Shown here piece after piece: positions 42,001 through 54,577 of a stretch of DNA of 64,000 nucleotides (positions are counted from its first letter, which is position 1; every line of letters starts with the position of its first letter). The DNA comes from Phoronis australis (lineage: Eukaryota; Animalia; Phoronida). The stretch is taken from NCBI GenBank assembly GCA_002633005.1, contig NMRA01000274.1:124391-188390 (forward strand), in the 5' to 3' direction. The position numbers and the translations under genes were made by a program. A model generated the notes under the pieces. It was not told the DNA's origin and made no database searches. It worked only from the letters and a program-made list of their open reading frames with translations.

Positions 42001-45000
42001 TTGGGACTGTTTTCATTTTCTCCCAGTATCACAATGCCTACTAGACCAACACAATGTTGAGCAGGAAATGGGTGTCTGAAACGTGAGCAAAGATGGAAGT
42101 AAAACAAACAGAAACCACAAAGCAATCATCATTTTTGCTCTCAGGTTCCTTATTAATTACCAAAATGATTCGGCAAAAATAATATTTAACGCCAACTCCG
42201 TTCATGAATGGAAACGAGCTGTGAGCAATTCGGACACCAGTGACAACGCGGGCATTATAGATTAGCATATGTAAACGTACTATCAATAAGGAAATGATAA
42301 GTCATTGATGGCTCACATAATCGTAACAAAGGTCAGCCACCCCCCTAATGGGAGCAAAAAACTCTTTGTCAGGGAGATGTATTTTTAATCTGGCTTATGT
42401 CAGCCATGACTAGTCATAACTTGAGATTCACTCCACATCAGATCTCCGACACAATCCTGGCATACTAATGGCAGAGGAACTGTTTACAAAATACACAGAG
42501 ACCAATTGGTCTTTGTTTCAGCTTTCAAAGAACAAAAATTGAGCTCCAGTTAGTCCTTGTTTTCAACATTCTGAAACGATACTCTGCACTTGAATGTCTT
42601 CCATTTTCCAAAAAGACACGAAGGTTAAATCCGGTCTCTTGTAACTTACTGGATATTCATTTGCACCACTTGACCAGCATGTGCCAATCCTTACAAGTTA
42701 AAAAAGGCCATACAAGGTGTGATAATGAAGTAATACCCTCATCTAGGCTTTAGCAAAGGGATGGGCTTTAATGAATTACTTCTCGGCAAAGAATTTAATA
42801 TCGGAATCCCGCATGTCTTAAGTCCTCCAATTTTCTAAACTGGCTGTTTATTGCATGTCTTCACCACTCCCTGCAGTCACAATGCAAAATTAATTACGGA
42901 GCAGAGTATAGCAAGTTATTGTTAAAACAAAGCCTGCTTGCCAAAAATGAAGGTAATCAAGCGATACAATGTTATATTGAGCATGATTAAATTGGATGAA
43001 AATGCTGTTCTAAATCCAACCATCCATACATGCCTCCCTTTTCAGTCAGACAGGATGTCTTATGCAAATCTTACTATTGTGTTGAGAATGGGCGACACTC
43101 AAGTGGCAACATGGTGACTAATTAAGTGGGACTGAATATTAGTGGCCTCTAGTCGACGAGGAGGGAATTTCTCTTTTATTTAAAGAACTCATCACCCACT
43201 CTAGAAAAGGGCCTATTCATAAAATCAAGCATATTCCCCTATGCCACCTGTTCCAAAGAATAAGTATAGTCGTGTCGATAAGCGTCACCAGTCTCACGAG
43301 ATCGGTCTCCAATTGGAAGCTGTTGAACCAGACAGCAACTGGCTACCGTGGTCAAATGGAGGTTAACAGCATAGTGTCACGTGACCTAAGTAGTAAATGC
43401 AACTTGCCAGGAAGACAAGCAAGTTCATACCGAGATCGCTTAAGAGCTGGACTTGGCGACGCAACAAACTTCTGGCAAGTCAGAAGCGAATAAGGAAGAA
43501 AACGGATTTCAGTTGAGACGGAGCGCATACCAAAGAGACAAAAAAAAAACGAACAAAAACCACAACGATTTCAATCCTTTTAAAGTGATGCGAAAAACAG
43601 CCACGAGTAAGCAGATTTTGTCACACACCTCGTTATGGTTGCTTGAATTATCGTACATCATTTCCGTTTAATATTTCTATTGACAGGTTATGATGAAAAT
43701 AGTTCTGATTAAATCTAAATTGGATTGACAATAAGCCACCCACTTTTCCATTTCAGAAAACATGTTGGGTTAACCATGTTGGCAATAACAGCCAGCCAAT
43801 CCAGAAGCGTTCTGATTAGTCTTTACAACAGTGGTAGTAAAATTCATTAGTAAGTAAAGCGCGTGGAATTTTGCTACACCGTTGCCAATCAGTCAAAACT
43901 CGTCATCCAGGCTCACTGGAATACGAAGACAGACGGCACACAACCCAGTCTGCCCAGTCTGATAGAGGCAGCCCACCTCATCATATTAATCTCTTCATAG
44001 GGGAACTACATGTTTTTTTAACCAAAACACAAGCTCGTACTGACGTCAACTGTCAACAGGCCCACTGTGAAAAACTGCCATTGACTTCATGACCCCAACA
44101 GTGGGTGAGCCCGTTCACGAAGCCGACCTATTTCTCTAAAATAAGAACATAACAGGGATGACACAAAAAGTCCTAGGCATAAACAACGATGGTAAAATTA
44201 GATTAATGTTAGCTTAATACGCAAAATATAACATTCATTTAAAAAAAAACAAGACGAAAAGGTCAGTCAGTACTTGCAAGACACGCATAAAAATGTCATT
44301 CATCACATAAAACCATAACATTTTAGAATCGTTCCTTGCACTATACGAAGAAAAAATAACGTTAATTTAAAAATCAAAACATGACAACATCACTAGGAAT
44401 CGATCAGTCCATTCTTTGAATGTTACAGCAACTAAGTATATCTTTCGGATATCTATTGAAGGCAACTGTGTGAAGTACGTATTTATGAAAATCTTATAAG
44501 TTAAATTATTTTACCTACTTTTTTGAAAGTAGAGAATATGAATTACGTTAAAGGGCAACATTGGCTCAAACGAGAAACTTTCCATTTTTTCAACAAGTCA
44601 CTTAAGATGCGGTAAAATCCCGCCAACTTAGGACACAATATGACCATCAAGTAAAATTCAATTTCATCATTTTTTCATGGAAAATATTTAGCACAAAACT
44701 AAACGCTTTTGCATGTTTAGGTTCTGTACAATAGCTACTGCAGTACTGGACAATGTGTGGAAATACGTGGGCACTGACAACATTCTGAGCCCTTGAAAAT
44801 TCTGAGCGATTGTAAAAAGGATATTTTTGTCAGTTATTTTTCTTCAAATTTGGCAATATTTCACAGTAGGTTTCTACAGGAAGTCTCATTTTGTCAGCAG
44901 CTTAGTTACAACTGACTACGATTGGAAATATTTTAACAGTCCTGTTCACTAAAAACCAAATAGTGGCTCACATTTTTCACGTTGTACAAGACACTGAAAA

Positions 45001-48000
45001 TGATCCTCCTCGAAAGAGCAATTTTGCCAATTATTTTATTCGAAATTGGTGGTTCTGCACCCTAATGGTAATGAGTGCAAAATCCTCAAAGGTGCATTGA
45101 CGCAGAAAGTAGTGAATAGAAAACAACCGTCAGCTCAACTGGCTCTCAAGGCTGTAACATCGTTCACCGGTTGAAGCCGACTTAGTTCTCAAGCACCACT
45201 TATTTCTTTTCTATGGCATTCCATTGTCAATTTCTGTTTCCTTAAATAAACTTAAAAAGAACTCATTTTGCACAAAAAATTCTCACTTTTCCACTTTTCA
45301 AACGATGATAACTGTGCAGCAAATATTGGAGGCTTTACCAAAAAATTCTTTTACGACGTCTACACGGAGTGCAAACCAAGCTAAAAATATACTCAAATTT
45401 TCTCAAACCATGCCTTTGTAGAAAACATTTGACAAAATCAAAATTTCAAGCGTCCACCATATTGTGTGCTAAGTAAACGCTGAACCACCATACCAGATTA
45501 CGAATGCTGCAAGAAATATTACGTTAAAACTACAAAACTTTGATGCCACACAGCTCTTTGCAATGGTCTGTATTTCCAAATCTCTTGGTTTGCCGTAGTT
45601 GTATGAGGTATTATTTTAAACAAAAAAACACTCAATCACAACAACTAATACAAAATAAATAACGAAAACTAAACAAATCAATTACGTTACGAGAAGAATG
45701 ATAGTCGTTTATCTACGTCGGATTTATTAACGGCAGAGTTCATCGCTGTATAATGAGAGAAAGAGTGGCTAACAAGTTGGTAATTACCCTGGCAGTCAAT
45801 GAAGACAAACGAAGAACGGCCAATTACCATAATAGTGAATGATCAAGAATCGAGCCATCAAAGCATTACTGAGACAAAGACGGAGCTGTAATTACTCCCA
45901 AAGGTACGCTGCTCATTCAGACGAGCCACGATAGGCTCGCATTTCTATTAGGCTAAAGCTCAGGCTTGCCGTTCAAATGATAACCCATTCAAGTGTAGCT
46001 CATTTCTTTGTAAGCAATTTAATCGAATATAATTGCCCTAATGGCTAGGGCTCCTACAAAAAAGCTTGTCCACTTAACGATCATTGTCAATTATCAGGTA
46101 TTTTAACCCCAAAAGGACTAAAAAGAATTAACCATCTCCGCACACAAAGCCAATTGTTCTGAACTCTTGAAGGAGGTGAACTTTCTCGTTTGCATTTTTA
46201 AGATATCTGTCAAGCAAGCTGTTGCAGTAATTAACTTAGTACAAAACAATTTCTGTCCCATAACCTACAAATTAAAAGGAAATGAAGCCGACAAATTTCC
46301 TGAACAATCCACCACAAAACAAGAGTGCAAAATGCAAAGACCAGCCAGTATCCTGTGCCAGGGATTTCTATTAAAGTGCCGTCCACACTACGAGTTGCCC
46401 TGGAACACTTGTCGCTGGGTTTCACAGTACTGTAGATGCTAATTGCGCTGGGGCAACTTGACACGTGACAACTTATCCCACTCATCGAGGTAGGGTAACT
46501 TGTTCCGTGTTAACATTCCCTAACGCAAGTCGTGGTGTGGATACAAACCTGCAGACAAGGCGGAAGCAATTACCAGCTATGCCTTGCAGTTACACACTGA
46601 GGGGCGTCTGATCATTTTTGCGTAATATTTGTCCACATGGTGTAGGGGGTGAAGTGTGGATGCTAGGGCAAGTTGTTTTAGGGTAACTAGTAGCGCAGAG
46701 GACTTGGTGAAATAACAGCGAAACATCTATAGGATGCTTAAAGTGGCCAACCTATATGTTAAACTATGTAACAGTCTTATTCACAAGTTCACTTTGCCCA
46801 GCACAAGTGTGTGTAAATTTAGAGCTTAGACTTGGTATGCAAAAACACAGTATTCTGAGTCATTTACCCCCAAACTGCATGGGTTAACAATAATATTTAC
46901 TGAGTTATCGGATTTTCAAACTAAATTTGGATAGCTAAGAAACCAACTATTTGGCCAAGATCATTAGAAATTTATTTTGAGACTCAGCCATGAAGTCACT
47001 GTCTTCCAACACGTCATTCGCTGTAAACATGAAGGAACTCAGCAAGGAATGCTGGCCCTCCCAACAATATATGGCACAGAGTAGCAATATTGTTACTCAC
47101 TGCTTGGGTAATCGCCCACCCCTGTCTCAGGATTTCCCAATTTCAGCACCCAGGGCGTTAACGTGCGAGTTTAAGGGTACTTCAGTGATGCTGTAGTGTA
47201 CCACAACACTGACATAAACCTTATACAACAAAGAGTACAGTTGCCTTTGTATTAAAACTTATACCAGTAAGATACATGGCGGTAAGATACATGGCGGCTG
47301 GAGCCATTAAGTTCTTTGACTGTGACATAAGTGACTACAGAATAATACACAGCAACCAACTGGGGAGTCAACTCGATAAGTTTTCAAACTCGGAAGCAAA
47401 TGCCATCAGAAAACAGAATGTATTTTTACAGTACTACACGAAGCTGGCGGCCGCAGCAGCAGCAGTCACTTACAGGAGACTATTACCAAGCTAACGGCTA
47501 AGAATGAGGCCAAGGCCGAGTAGGCTGGACATTACTAGAAACCCATCTCACTCGGCAGTCCAGCGCTTGATGTACTTCCCAAGCTCATTTTAAACAGATT
47601 ATTCCTTCAGTGTTGTGCTTCAGCACTTCTCTTGTCACATCTTGCACCTTCCGCATCTTTCTACTGCACAACAAACAGCTCATAAGGGCAACGCCTCAAT
47701 TTCATTTGAGTCGACCACGCTTACTAATGTTAGAAGTAGCAAACTTCTAATAAAAACTCAAAAACCAAAGATTTTTGTTATTTTATAGCTCTGCTCAAAG
47801 CTTACGACTTCACCAAGTCTGTCATACCTAACAATAATCAAAAAACATGTTTTTGTCCATCAAAATTAACGTCATCTCTCTACCTCCCATGACCCAGCAT
47901 CATGAGTGGTGTCCAGACACAGCAGACAGTATCCTTTGCAACAAGACCCGCCCACACTCAACAAGAAAGTAATAATATATATCCAAAAATGCCCTGCAGT

Positions 48001-51000
48001 GCTCTCCTACATCAATATTTAATAAGCCACTGGTTAGCAGTAAAAGACTTCAAGCCAAGAAGCATCAAAAGAAACTAGTTATAACAAAGACAACCTCAGT
48101 AACATAACAGTGGCCAACACCAGCTGGAGAGAACACCAAAGGGGTTGTTGAATGGAACCAAAAGTGTTACATCATTATCACTGATTACTATAATTGGCAA
48201 CCAGGAAAACACAGGTTCCTGCTGAAGGGCCAGTTCCATTGTCTCTAGACTGGAGCCATACGCCAGGTCAGCGCTTCCCTTTTTTTGAAAACTTTCAAAA
48301 TACACATAATTAAGAACAGTTCTGAGCAGTTTATCAGAGGTTTTGAACACCACTCCAATGACGTGCTAGTTTAAATCTCAAAAATCTGTATTAAGTCTGA
48401 TGAAAATGAATGCCTTAAAACGTTAATACCAAAAATTCAACAAAATAAAAGAAGATATTCGAAGGGATGGGATATCTACTGAACTCATCAGCGTTGCCAG
48501 TACTGGAGTCACAGGTGCAAGTGATGGTTTGTATACAATAGCACACTGTAGTACCAAAAAGATTGGTAGCCACCCATCCAATACACATTCTGACTCAGTA
48601 ATGGCAGTAGGACTAGATAACTAGGCCAAGGGTACCTCAACCTTACCATAGTTGCACTTTACTTGGCCATAATAAAGGTTTTGAAGTCTGACCACAGAAC
48701 AGGCGTGCGTTCAGTAATGCTAGAATCTACACTAGGACCTAGCTAAAATCTAGCCAAAGTCAAGTGTTCTCATTAACTACAAGGCAATATCTTATGTAAT
48801 CTCACGAAGTCTTGCTTTTTAGCAAGGTCCTAGAGCTACTGAACGGGAGGCAGAGCTACTGAACGGGAGGCAGGACTAGCCACTAACAGTAGCCCAACAC
48901 TGATAAGCATGTGAAATTTCAAAGTAGCGTGCCTGACGAGCAACTTGATTTGAACAGCGAATTTATGCACCCAGATAAAATGGAACACAACTGAACTTGC
49001 AAATGTCCAGGTGATTTGTAAACTTGGAAGCTTTACAACTCAATAATTTGGACAAGCAGATTCTTCCTTCAGGCAAGTGAAATTTCTTGTTTACTTGCCT
49101 GACAGGCAAGTTAATGAAAAACATGGTGTCAAGCCCTGAAGGGTTACACTTCAAACAGCCATGGCTCCTGCCTGAAGAGCCAATTGGATACTTGTGCACC
49201 ATCCAGTTGGATACTGGTTTATGGTGCAACTCAACAATGGCAGGCAGAGGTGGTAAAGTTGAATTGTGTAAATAGACAAACTGGTGAAAGGGAGGTGAAA
49301 ATCACATCAGTAAAAAGACGTAAATTGATTATCTCAACACACACGGAGCCGTGTCCTGGTTCTACACGTTTAAAAGACATTCGGATGACCTTTCAAGATT
49401 ATCCATGCAGCTTCAATGATATCGCCAGTACTCCCACAGCACACAGCCTCTCCTCGTTCTTCACCGCAAAGAATCGACACCCGAGTAGAAACTGTATGCC
49501 CAGCTCCCGGACACAACATCATCCCACAGACGAACGTGCACAAATACCCACTGACAAACACTGCACAACCCAACAGAGAGATGCAGCTGAAGAGCTGAGA
49601 AGGAGAAGCCATGTGTCTCTAGCCATCTGCCATAGACAGTGTAGTGCTAGACACCAGCTGAGCAGGACATCTGGGCCTGCGAGCAGTTTGTTGAACTGTT
49701 ATGAGCCGGTGTTTTTTTTAAACCAGGCTGTACGTCACACTGTAAGTCTGGAGTGGAACAGGTTGTTGCACACGATGCAATTTATGGATTTTAATGCGAC
49801 AATTTGCAACACCTGACGACTCAAGACTTCACCATGTGGCACAGCAGGGAAATAAATAGATCGTTACACTGGTAACCAGCAACTGGTTAAAGGTATTCAC
49901 ACCTGACGGCATTTAAAAGGATGACTTTTAAAACTTCTTTACAGGGAGGACATCTAACATTGAACTGCAGATTTTGCACAATGGTTTAGGCTAATTACCA
50001 ATCCTGCAATTTTGAACAGCTACTAAAACATCAATTGTATTTTTAATATGTACTTTTATTCCTCAACAGTAAATTCTGATTGACACTAAATAATTGGACT
50101 TCCATACGAAATTACAAAGTGTGCAGGGCTAGAATGATGTTCACGACAAAATTCAATAACTTTTACTCTGATTAATTTTCGAAACAATAAAGCATTGAAT
50201 CCACGACACAGCGGAAGAAAATCGTATTATTTGGTGTGCGCGCAGGTGAACAATAGTTAAAACCCTCGTCAATCACAGCCAACAACATCGCCAGCATACA
50301 TGACAAATAATCCCCCATCATTATTACACATGATCACGGTCTGTTTAGATTACATTACATTGGTATTTTCATAATGTATGGGATTCTGTGGGCCGTTAGT
50401 ATATTAAACAATGAGACGACATTAAGATATCACAAAAGGAAACCAGTATCTGGGTTCAAATATAAATGAAGTTGTGTAACGATGCTCGATGTCATTTACA
50501 CAACATTTAGACATAATAATGGCTTTAAGCAATAAAAACTCAGTATCAAGCATAATCAATTTCTACAAAAACCAGCGTTTCAAAAGTCTGCTGTTTTACA
50601 GCCCCTGGCGAAAATTTTATCAACAGTTATGCCTGTTGGTTCTATTGTACTCTCCCTGGTATGGAGACATAAAAAGGTGGTTATTATTCATACCTAAATG
50701 CATAACAATGGGCAGCACTGACAAAAGGCATCACGCTGGGGATATTAACATTGTCATGACTGACTGCCTTGACAAGCTAGGCAGACAGACCAAGTACGGT
50801 AATAAATGTCACAGAGGAGTATCAACAGGTAAATCGTGCTTGTGGCATCAGGTTCAAATAATATCAAATGATAGCACAAGGTCAATGCCAGAGCAAAATG
50901 AAGACATTACACGAGTCAATTGATGAAATTTTCCCAATGCCTGAATGTACGTCATTCCTGTGCAATGAATATCAATAAGTCTGACCATGTGACTTGCTAC

Positions 51001-52948
51001 TGGGGTAGAGCAAGACTGGAACTCAGTGTCATAAGCGTGCAGTTTTTTTTTTTGCAGCTTTGCTGAACCAAGAACTGAAGCATTTGAATTCGACAGACTG
51101 GATTCATATTGTGTCGACATTTTCTGAAGAATCATTCCAACGTTGACTAATTTTGACTGAAAACTCAAAAGAACTGATTTAAAGCAAAGATTAAGTAGCT
51201 TTGATAAAAAACACGAAACATTCCAAATGAACGCTACGAACAACCGATCACATACTTATCCTGCGCGAAATCGACTCCGATGGCGAAACTAGTTAGCTAA
51301 TGAGACAGCGTTCCCATGGCAACAGAGTGGCAAACGGTGATTAGTACACCGACAATCGATTTGTCCATTAATTTTAGTAAAAAATACATTTGTTAATGCC
51401 ACAACATTACCTTCATTAACGAATTGTGTCATACTGAGTTTCTGTTAATTAAAAAGTGACATATGAAGTGAATGCCCATCCTAACCGTGCCAGCGAACAA
51501 ACATGAAAGTGCAAACACTGGCTCCAGAGAATATGTCACTAAGGGAACATGTGTAAAAGGTCCTGCTTGATAAACAGGATGTTTACAGCACAGAAACAAT
51601 AGAGGTAAACAGCAAGGGCTAATCTGTTGAGAAAACCAGTACCCCACTAAGTAATCAATCTTGTTTCAAGAGCCAACAAACTGACCAGTGACCAGACCAG
51701 TACTAGATCCACTCTGGGCAAGAGTTTACCCAATCTTTAACAACTCCTCCGACCTACTGGCCAGGTATATGACCTGAACCCAACACTGAAGACCAGACTC
51801 AAGCAATCAAAAAATTTGCTTGGAGATTTCACTTTTTGATAACCATGTGATGTATGAACATGACATTTTTAAAGCGATATTATTAGTGACCATGTTGTGT
51901 ATTTGAGATCAACCCACCACCTCAGCCAGTAAAGCAAGTACCTTGTATTTTAAGCTTACTCAATTGATAATGTCATTAGCCTCGATTTCACTTAACTCTA
52001 ATGAAGGGCGGGAAATTAACGTAAGGAATCAGCGACTTCTAAAAAAATTATGAAAACAATGAATTTCGTTGTTTTATAACTCTGGTCAAAGCCAACAACC
52101 TCAAGAGGTATAACCTACCCAACAACAATCTCGCAATTGCATTTTCCGGGCCAAGAACCAATTGTGTCCCTTTAAATAAAGTTCCGCGCTATCTTGGAGA
52201 TTTTAGTTAAAGGGTCCGATGAGGGATCGCAAAGGGTGAGGTGCGGGGTCAAAGGTTGACTTGATGGAAACAAAAAGATCGATGGGACACAGCAGCAAAA
52301 TAAAGGTCTGCAGACAGAACGGCATATTGTGAAGCACTCCCATCTTCGGCAGACATCAGGAGCATTGTTCAACGAGTGAAACCCAACATGCGACAATAGC
52401 TCGGCACCATTACGCTCATCAAGCCCATAAATCCATGAAATGACAGCCCTGCATTGAAGTAGATTGCATCCAACGATGAATGAACCAAATTCGATAAGAA
52501 ACAACACTAGCAGCACGAGATTGTTTGTTCAGGTGGATCTTATGGTATTCGTTTTGTCGCGGTCGTGATACTTTGACTTTTAAAAACCCAATAAAACATA
52601 CAAAAACGCTACTAATCTTAAAATTATTACATTTCTAAAGAGAGTTGGGGTCGACGTGTCACTTATCCGAAAATAATGTTTACGAGGATTTGTTAATTAG
52701 TTAAAAAGCTTAATTATTGGAGTGTCATGGACATAAGAAGATAAGAGATGTAATGTCGCCGTCTTGCGACAAAAATGATGTTGAACCTTGCTCGCCTAGG
52801 CACACAGCAACAATAACAACAACGATAACTGTGGTTTAAGTTCCTATGGTTCAAGACGACATTACAAAAGCCTGGGTTACGATCCTAGTCTACTTACAGC
52901 ACTGAAGTCCAGTAAGTCGTTCAGTTCAGAGTCCTGCTGCAGGTTCAT
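7688..52948 (-). CDS. TCF12: Class I bHLH E-protein (TCF3/TCF4/TCF12, daughterless-type), 5' part; join of 7 coding exons: 52898-52948, 40449-40503, 15633-15703, 13575-13650, 11081-11133, 8121-8163, 7688-7740; gene continues beyond position 1
   Basis: Exons read manually with AG/GT boundaries total 402 nt = 134 codons with no stop. The N-terminus SELNDLLDFSAMFSPP matches the E-protein AD1/PCET motif (vertebrate KELSDLLDFSAMFSPP). Intron phases 0,1,0,1,0,1,0 match, from memory, the first seven coding exons of human TCF4. The symbol is nominal because invertebrates usually have a single E-protein gene. Confidence 0.93.
8121..8163 (-). CDS. TCF12: E-protein coding exon 6 (GLLLNMSPTGSLSP, phase 0 to 1)
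   Basis: catttctatttcag| ... CAG|gtaagg; resembles TCF4 SLL...MGNPGTLSP. Confidence 0.88.
8566..8673 (-). mobile_element. Partial MITE (CAGTGGCGGA-type end), same family as 61483-61636
   Basis: Its reverse complement aligns with 61483-61591 (ccatgcccccc..taaaattctcccagatt..catttgg..gcgaatgtctga.ggg.aaaatcctggctaat). Confidence 0.75.
9316..9538. mobile_element. MITE-like element with about 38-bp terminal inverted repeats
   Basis: Left TGTTGAGCAGGTAAAAATTCACTTAATACGAACTTCTT; right reverse complement TGTTGAGCAGGTAAAAATTCACTGATTACAAACTTCTT; no coding capacity. Confidence 0.8.
10714..10775. repeat. 15-bp minisatellite (TTATTTTGGTACTAA) x4
   Basis: Directly visible. Confidence 0.9.
11081..11133 (-). 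CDS. TCF12: E-protein coding exon 5 ((N)KDQQYPRSYQGREGPAQ, phase 1 to 0)
   Basis: ctctcgtctttatag| ... CAG|gtgagt; resembles TCF4 SKTERGSYSSYGRE. Confidence 0.88.
11746..11849. promoter_or_regulatory. Intronic E-box cluster (7 CANNTG in 104 bp)
   Basis: CAAGTG 11746, CAGGTG 11756, CAGATG 11775, CAAGTG 11786, CACCTG 11799, CAGGTG 11823, CAGTTG 11844. Confidence 0.5.
13575..13650 (-). CDS. TCF12: E-protein coding exon 4 (MYNTNSYNGHGVDMQPYTNDMPSLI, phase 0 to 1)
   Basis: gtttttcag| ... TAA|gtaagt; 76 nt, open, and phase-compatible with both neighbours. Confidence 0.85.
15550..15563 (+). promoter_or_regulatory. CTCF-like motif
   Basis: CCGCTAGGTGGCGC is a close fit to the CTCF core consensus. 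Confidence 0.5.
15633..15703 (-). CDS. TCF12: E-protein coding exon 3 ((A)VDSGQGPQGTHWNYDPRAGDPRV, phase 1 to 0)
   Basis: ttcttgtgtttgtgttacag| ... GTG|gtaagt; in frame; loosely resembles TCF12 GIDERGGTTSW...YDSSR. Confidence 0.85.
18816..18852 (-). CDS. Candidate alternative first coding exon MWPLRHFNYYHP (phase 1, fits exon 3)
   Basis: gaaATG...CCAG|gttagt; in-frame TAG nine codons upstream; preceded by a GC-richer, motif-rich stretch at about 18860-19500. Confidence 0.5.
22105..22152. repeat. (CA)n microsatellite
   Basis: Directly visible. Confidence 0.9.
22874..23712. mobile_element. Probable non-autonomous hAT-like DNA transposon
   Basis: Begins CAGGGCTTGGA and ends TCCAATTCCTT(G); flanked by direct repeat GACAAAC (22867-22873, 23713-23719); CpG-rich with subterminal CCGCGG/GCGGA repeats. 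Confidence 0.55.
28840..29185. repeat. Compound trinucleotide microsatellite (CAG/TAG/CAC), with (CAG)13 at 29115-29153
   Basis: Directly visible; it produces the spurious poly-Ala ORF. Confidence 0.95.
29240..29322. promoter_or_regulatory. Intronic E-box cluster with CSL-like core (duplicated at about 30150-30232)
   Basis: CAGCTG 29240, 29287 and 29300; CAGATG 29267; CAGTTG 29317; GTGGGAA 29278. Confidence 0.4.
29650..30095. repeat. Longer allele of the same compound microsatellite (three CAG blocks of about 12, 9 and 12+ units)
   Basis: Directly visible; it produces the spurious poly-Leu and poly-Ala ORFs. Confidence 0.95.
33110..33146 (-). CDS. Candidate alternative first coding exon MTTVSMMTMMFD (phase 1, fits exon 3)
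   Basis: Strong donor ATG|gtgagt; in-frame TAA seven codons upstream; CCAAT about 200 nt upstream. The sequence is low-complexity and ATG-rich, so it may be chance. Confidence 0.35.
40449..40503 (-). CDS. TCF12: E-protein coding exon 2 (MFSPPNHTGDKTSLGYRQ, phase 0 to 1)
   Basis: ccttttttttctag|ATGTTCTCACCG...CAAG|gtgagt; the DFSA|MFSPP junction is the same as in vertebrate TCF4/TCF12. Confidence 0.95.
48832..48873. repeat. Perfect 20-bp tandem duplication
   Basis: AGAGCTACTGAACGGGAGGC x2. Confidence 0.9.
48900..49138 (-). mobile_element. hAT-like element end fragment
   Basis: Ends GTCAAGCCCTG (reverse complement CAGGGCTTGAC) with repeated ACTTGC/GGCAAGT subterminal motifs; left boundary approximate. 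Confidence 0.4.
49584..49673. promoter_or_regulatory. Intronic E-box cluster (5 CANNTG in 90 bp)
   Basis: CAGCTG 49584, CATGTG 49610, CATCTG 49624, CAGCTG 49655, CATCTG 49668. Confidence 0.4.
52898..52948 (-). CDS. TCF12: E-protein coding exon 1 (MNLQQDSELNDLLDFSA, AD1/LDFS motif); exon extends 5' as UTR to 52988
   Basis: Minus strand: acceptor ttcttcgttgcag| at 52989, ATG at 52948, donor GCT|gtaagt. The acceptor implies a non-coding exon further upstream. Confidence 0.95.
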
Positions 52949-54496
52949 TGCGTCAGATCTCGGTCTACTCTCTCACAGGCTCTCAGATCTGCAACGAAGA
53001 ACAATGCTGGTTAAGTCTGTGCTCCTGCAAGTGACACTGTTACTGTAACCCCCGTTTTCACAACTAGGTGGTGGTATACGACTGTCCCACATGTGTGGAC
53101 AGGGCTTCTATCAATACAGTTTTATTTATTCCCCTATTTTCCTGCTTACTCGCTTCAATAAAACAGCCAAAAGTCTTAGAGTATAAACTCTTGACTGCCA
53201 GTGTGAAATAGCGTGAAACTTCAAAATGAATATATAGATAATAATGCATCGATTTTTACACCTTTCACTAATAGCGATGCCAGTCTTGTCTTATTTGTTA
53301 CCTGAAATTAAACCTCACTGCATTCTGACACCCTCTCGACAGGATTGCCAGATCATTTTATTTAAATCCAAACAATAGTAGATACACAGTACCACAGTGT
53401 CAAGTTGACATTCATTTCGACATCTGGATATTTTTAGTTCCTGAGTCACACCAGTACAGCGTTAGGTAAGGCCAAGTATCTTGTGAATATGACGAGATCA
53501 CACACGTCTTCACAAGATACTTCCACGCACTATAACCTATGGCACGGGAACTCACAACTGTAGCTTTCACTTGCGAGTGTCTCATGTCATGGACCGGTAC
53601 CTTCTAGGTAATCACCCTAGTACTTGACAACATTACACATTGAACTACAACAAATTTCAAAAAATAAACACCTGAACACTACAGAGATTCACTATACAGT
53701 AAAATCTCGCTAATTTATTAATTTAGGACATAATATGGCCGACAGGTGAAATTTTATCTCCTCATTTTTATTACTGATAGTGAGTACCAAAATAATGCAT
53801 TGCCATAATCCAATAAGTAACACAGCAATCAACGCACGATGTTTTATTAAAAATTGTAGACACTCAACACAGTAAGAGGCCCTTCAAAACGTTCAAAATT
53901 TGCGTTACGCAGCCGAGCGAAATTCAAGAACCATTTCTTCATGCAAATTTTAGGACAGCATACAACTGTGGGGTTTCATCAAAACAGGAGGACATCATTT
54001 TGAAACGATTTCCAACGTTTTTGTTCAGAGGAAAACAAACATTTATCAAGAGATGCCAAGTTATCACAAACACCCACACAGACACAGTATATACATGTAC
54101 AACAACAATGTCGAGTGTAAAACAATTATCATTCACATGCTACTCGGGCAAATCCCACCTGTAAACAAATCGAGACCTATAGACTAGTTGTTGATAACTG
54201 AATAATTGAGAAGTGTACTTGGACTGATCAAATTAATTAACGTGAAGACACAACAGAGATTATGTTGCCAGCACTGGGACAAACTACATTGGGCCAATTC
54301 AGCGGAGACCAACAATATTGACATTGGTCGCACTCACTATTACGATCATGAAGTAGTGGACAGTTATGAAGTAGTGCTTCTTGCTGGATGTTGTAACTGC
54401 TGTTACTATTGACCACTTGTCAATAGCAGACCTCAATAGGACTCACTAGTTATGGCAATTTTCAAAAAACACTTCTTCCTTTATTTTTGTCAGTGT

Positions 54497-54577
54497 GGAA
54501 CACATATCCACATCAAAAGAACCAGACTCTGGATTAGGAACACATATCCACATCAAAAGAACCAGACTCTGGATTAG
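54497..54577. repeat. Perfect 40-bp tandem duplication
   Basis: GGAACACATATCCACATCAAAAGAACCAGACTCTGGATTA x2. Confidence 0.9.

Noticed and set aside
49184-49816. Longest ORF (210 aa, plus strand)
   Set aside because: No recognisable domain, non-ATG start, and antisense within an intron; consistent with chance.
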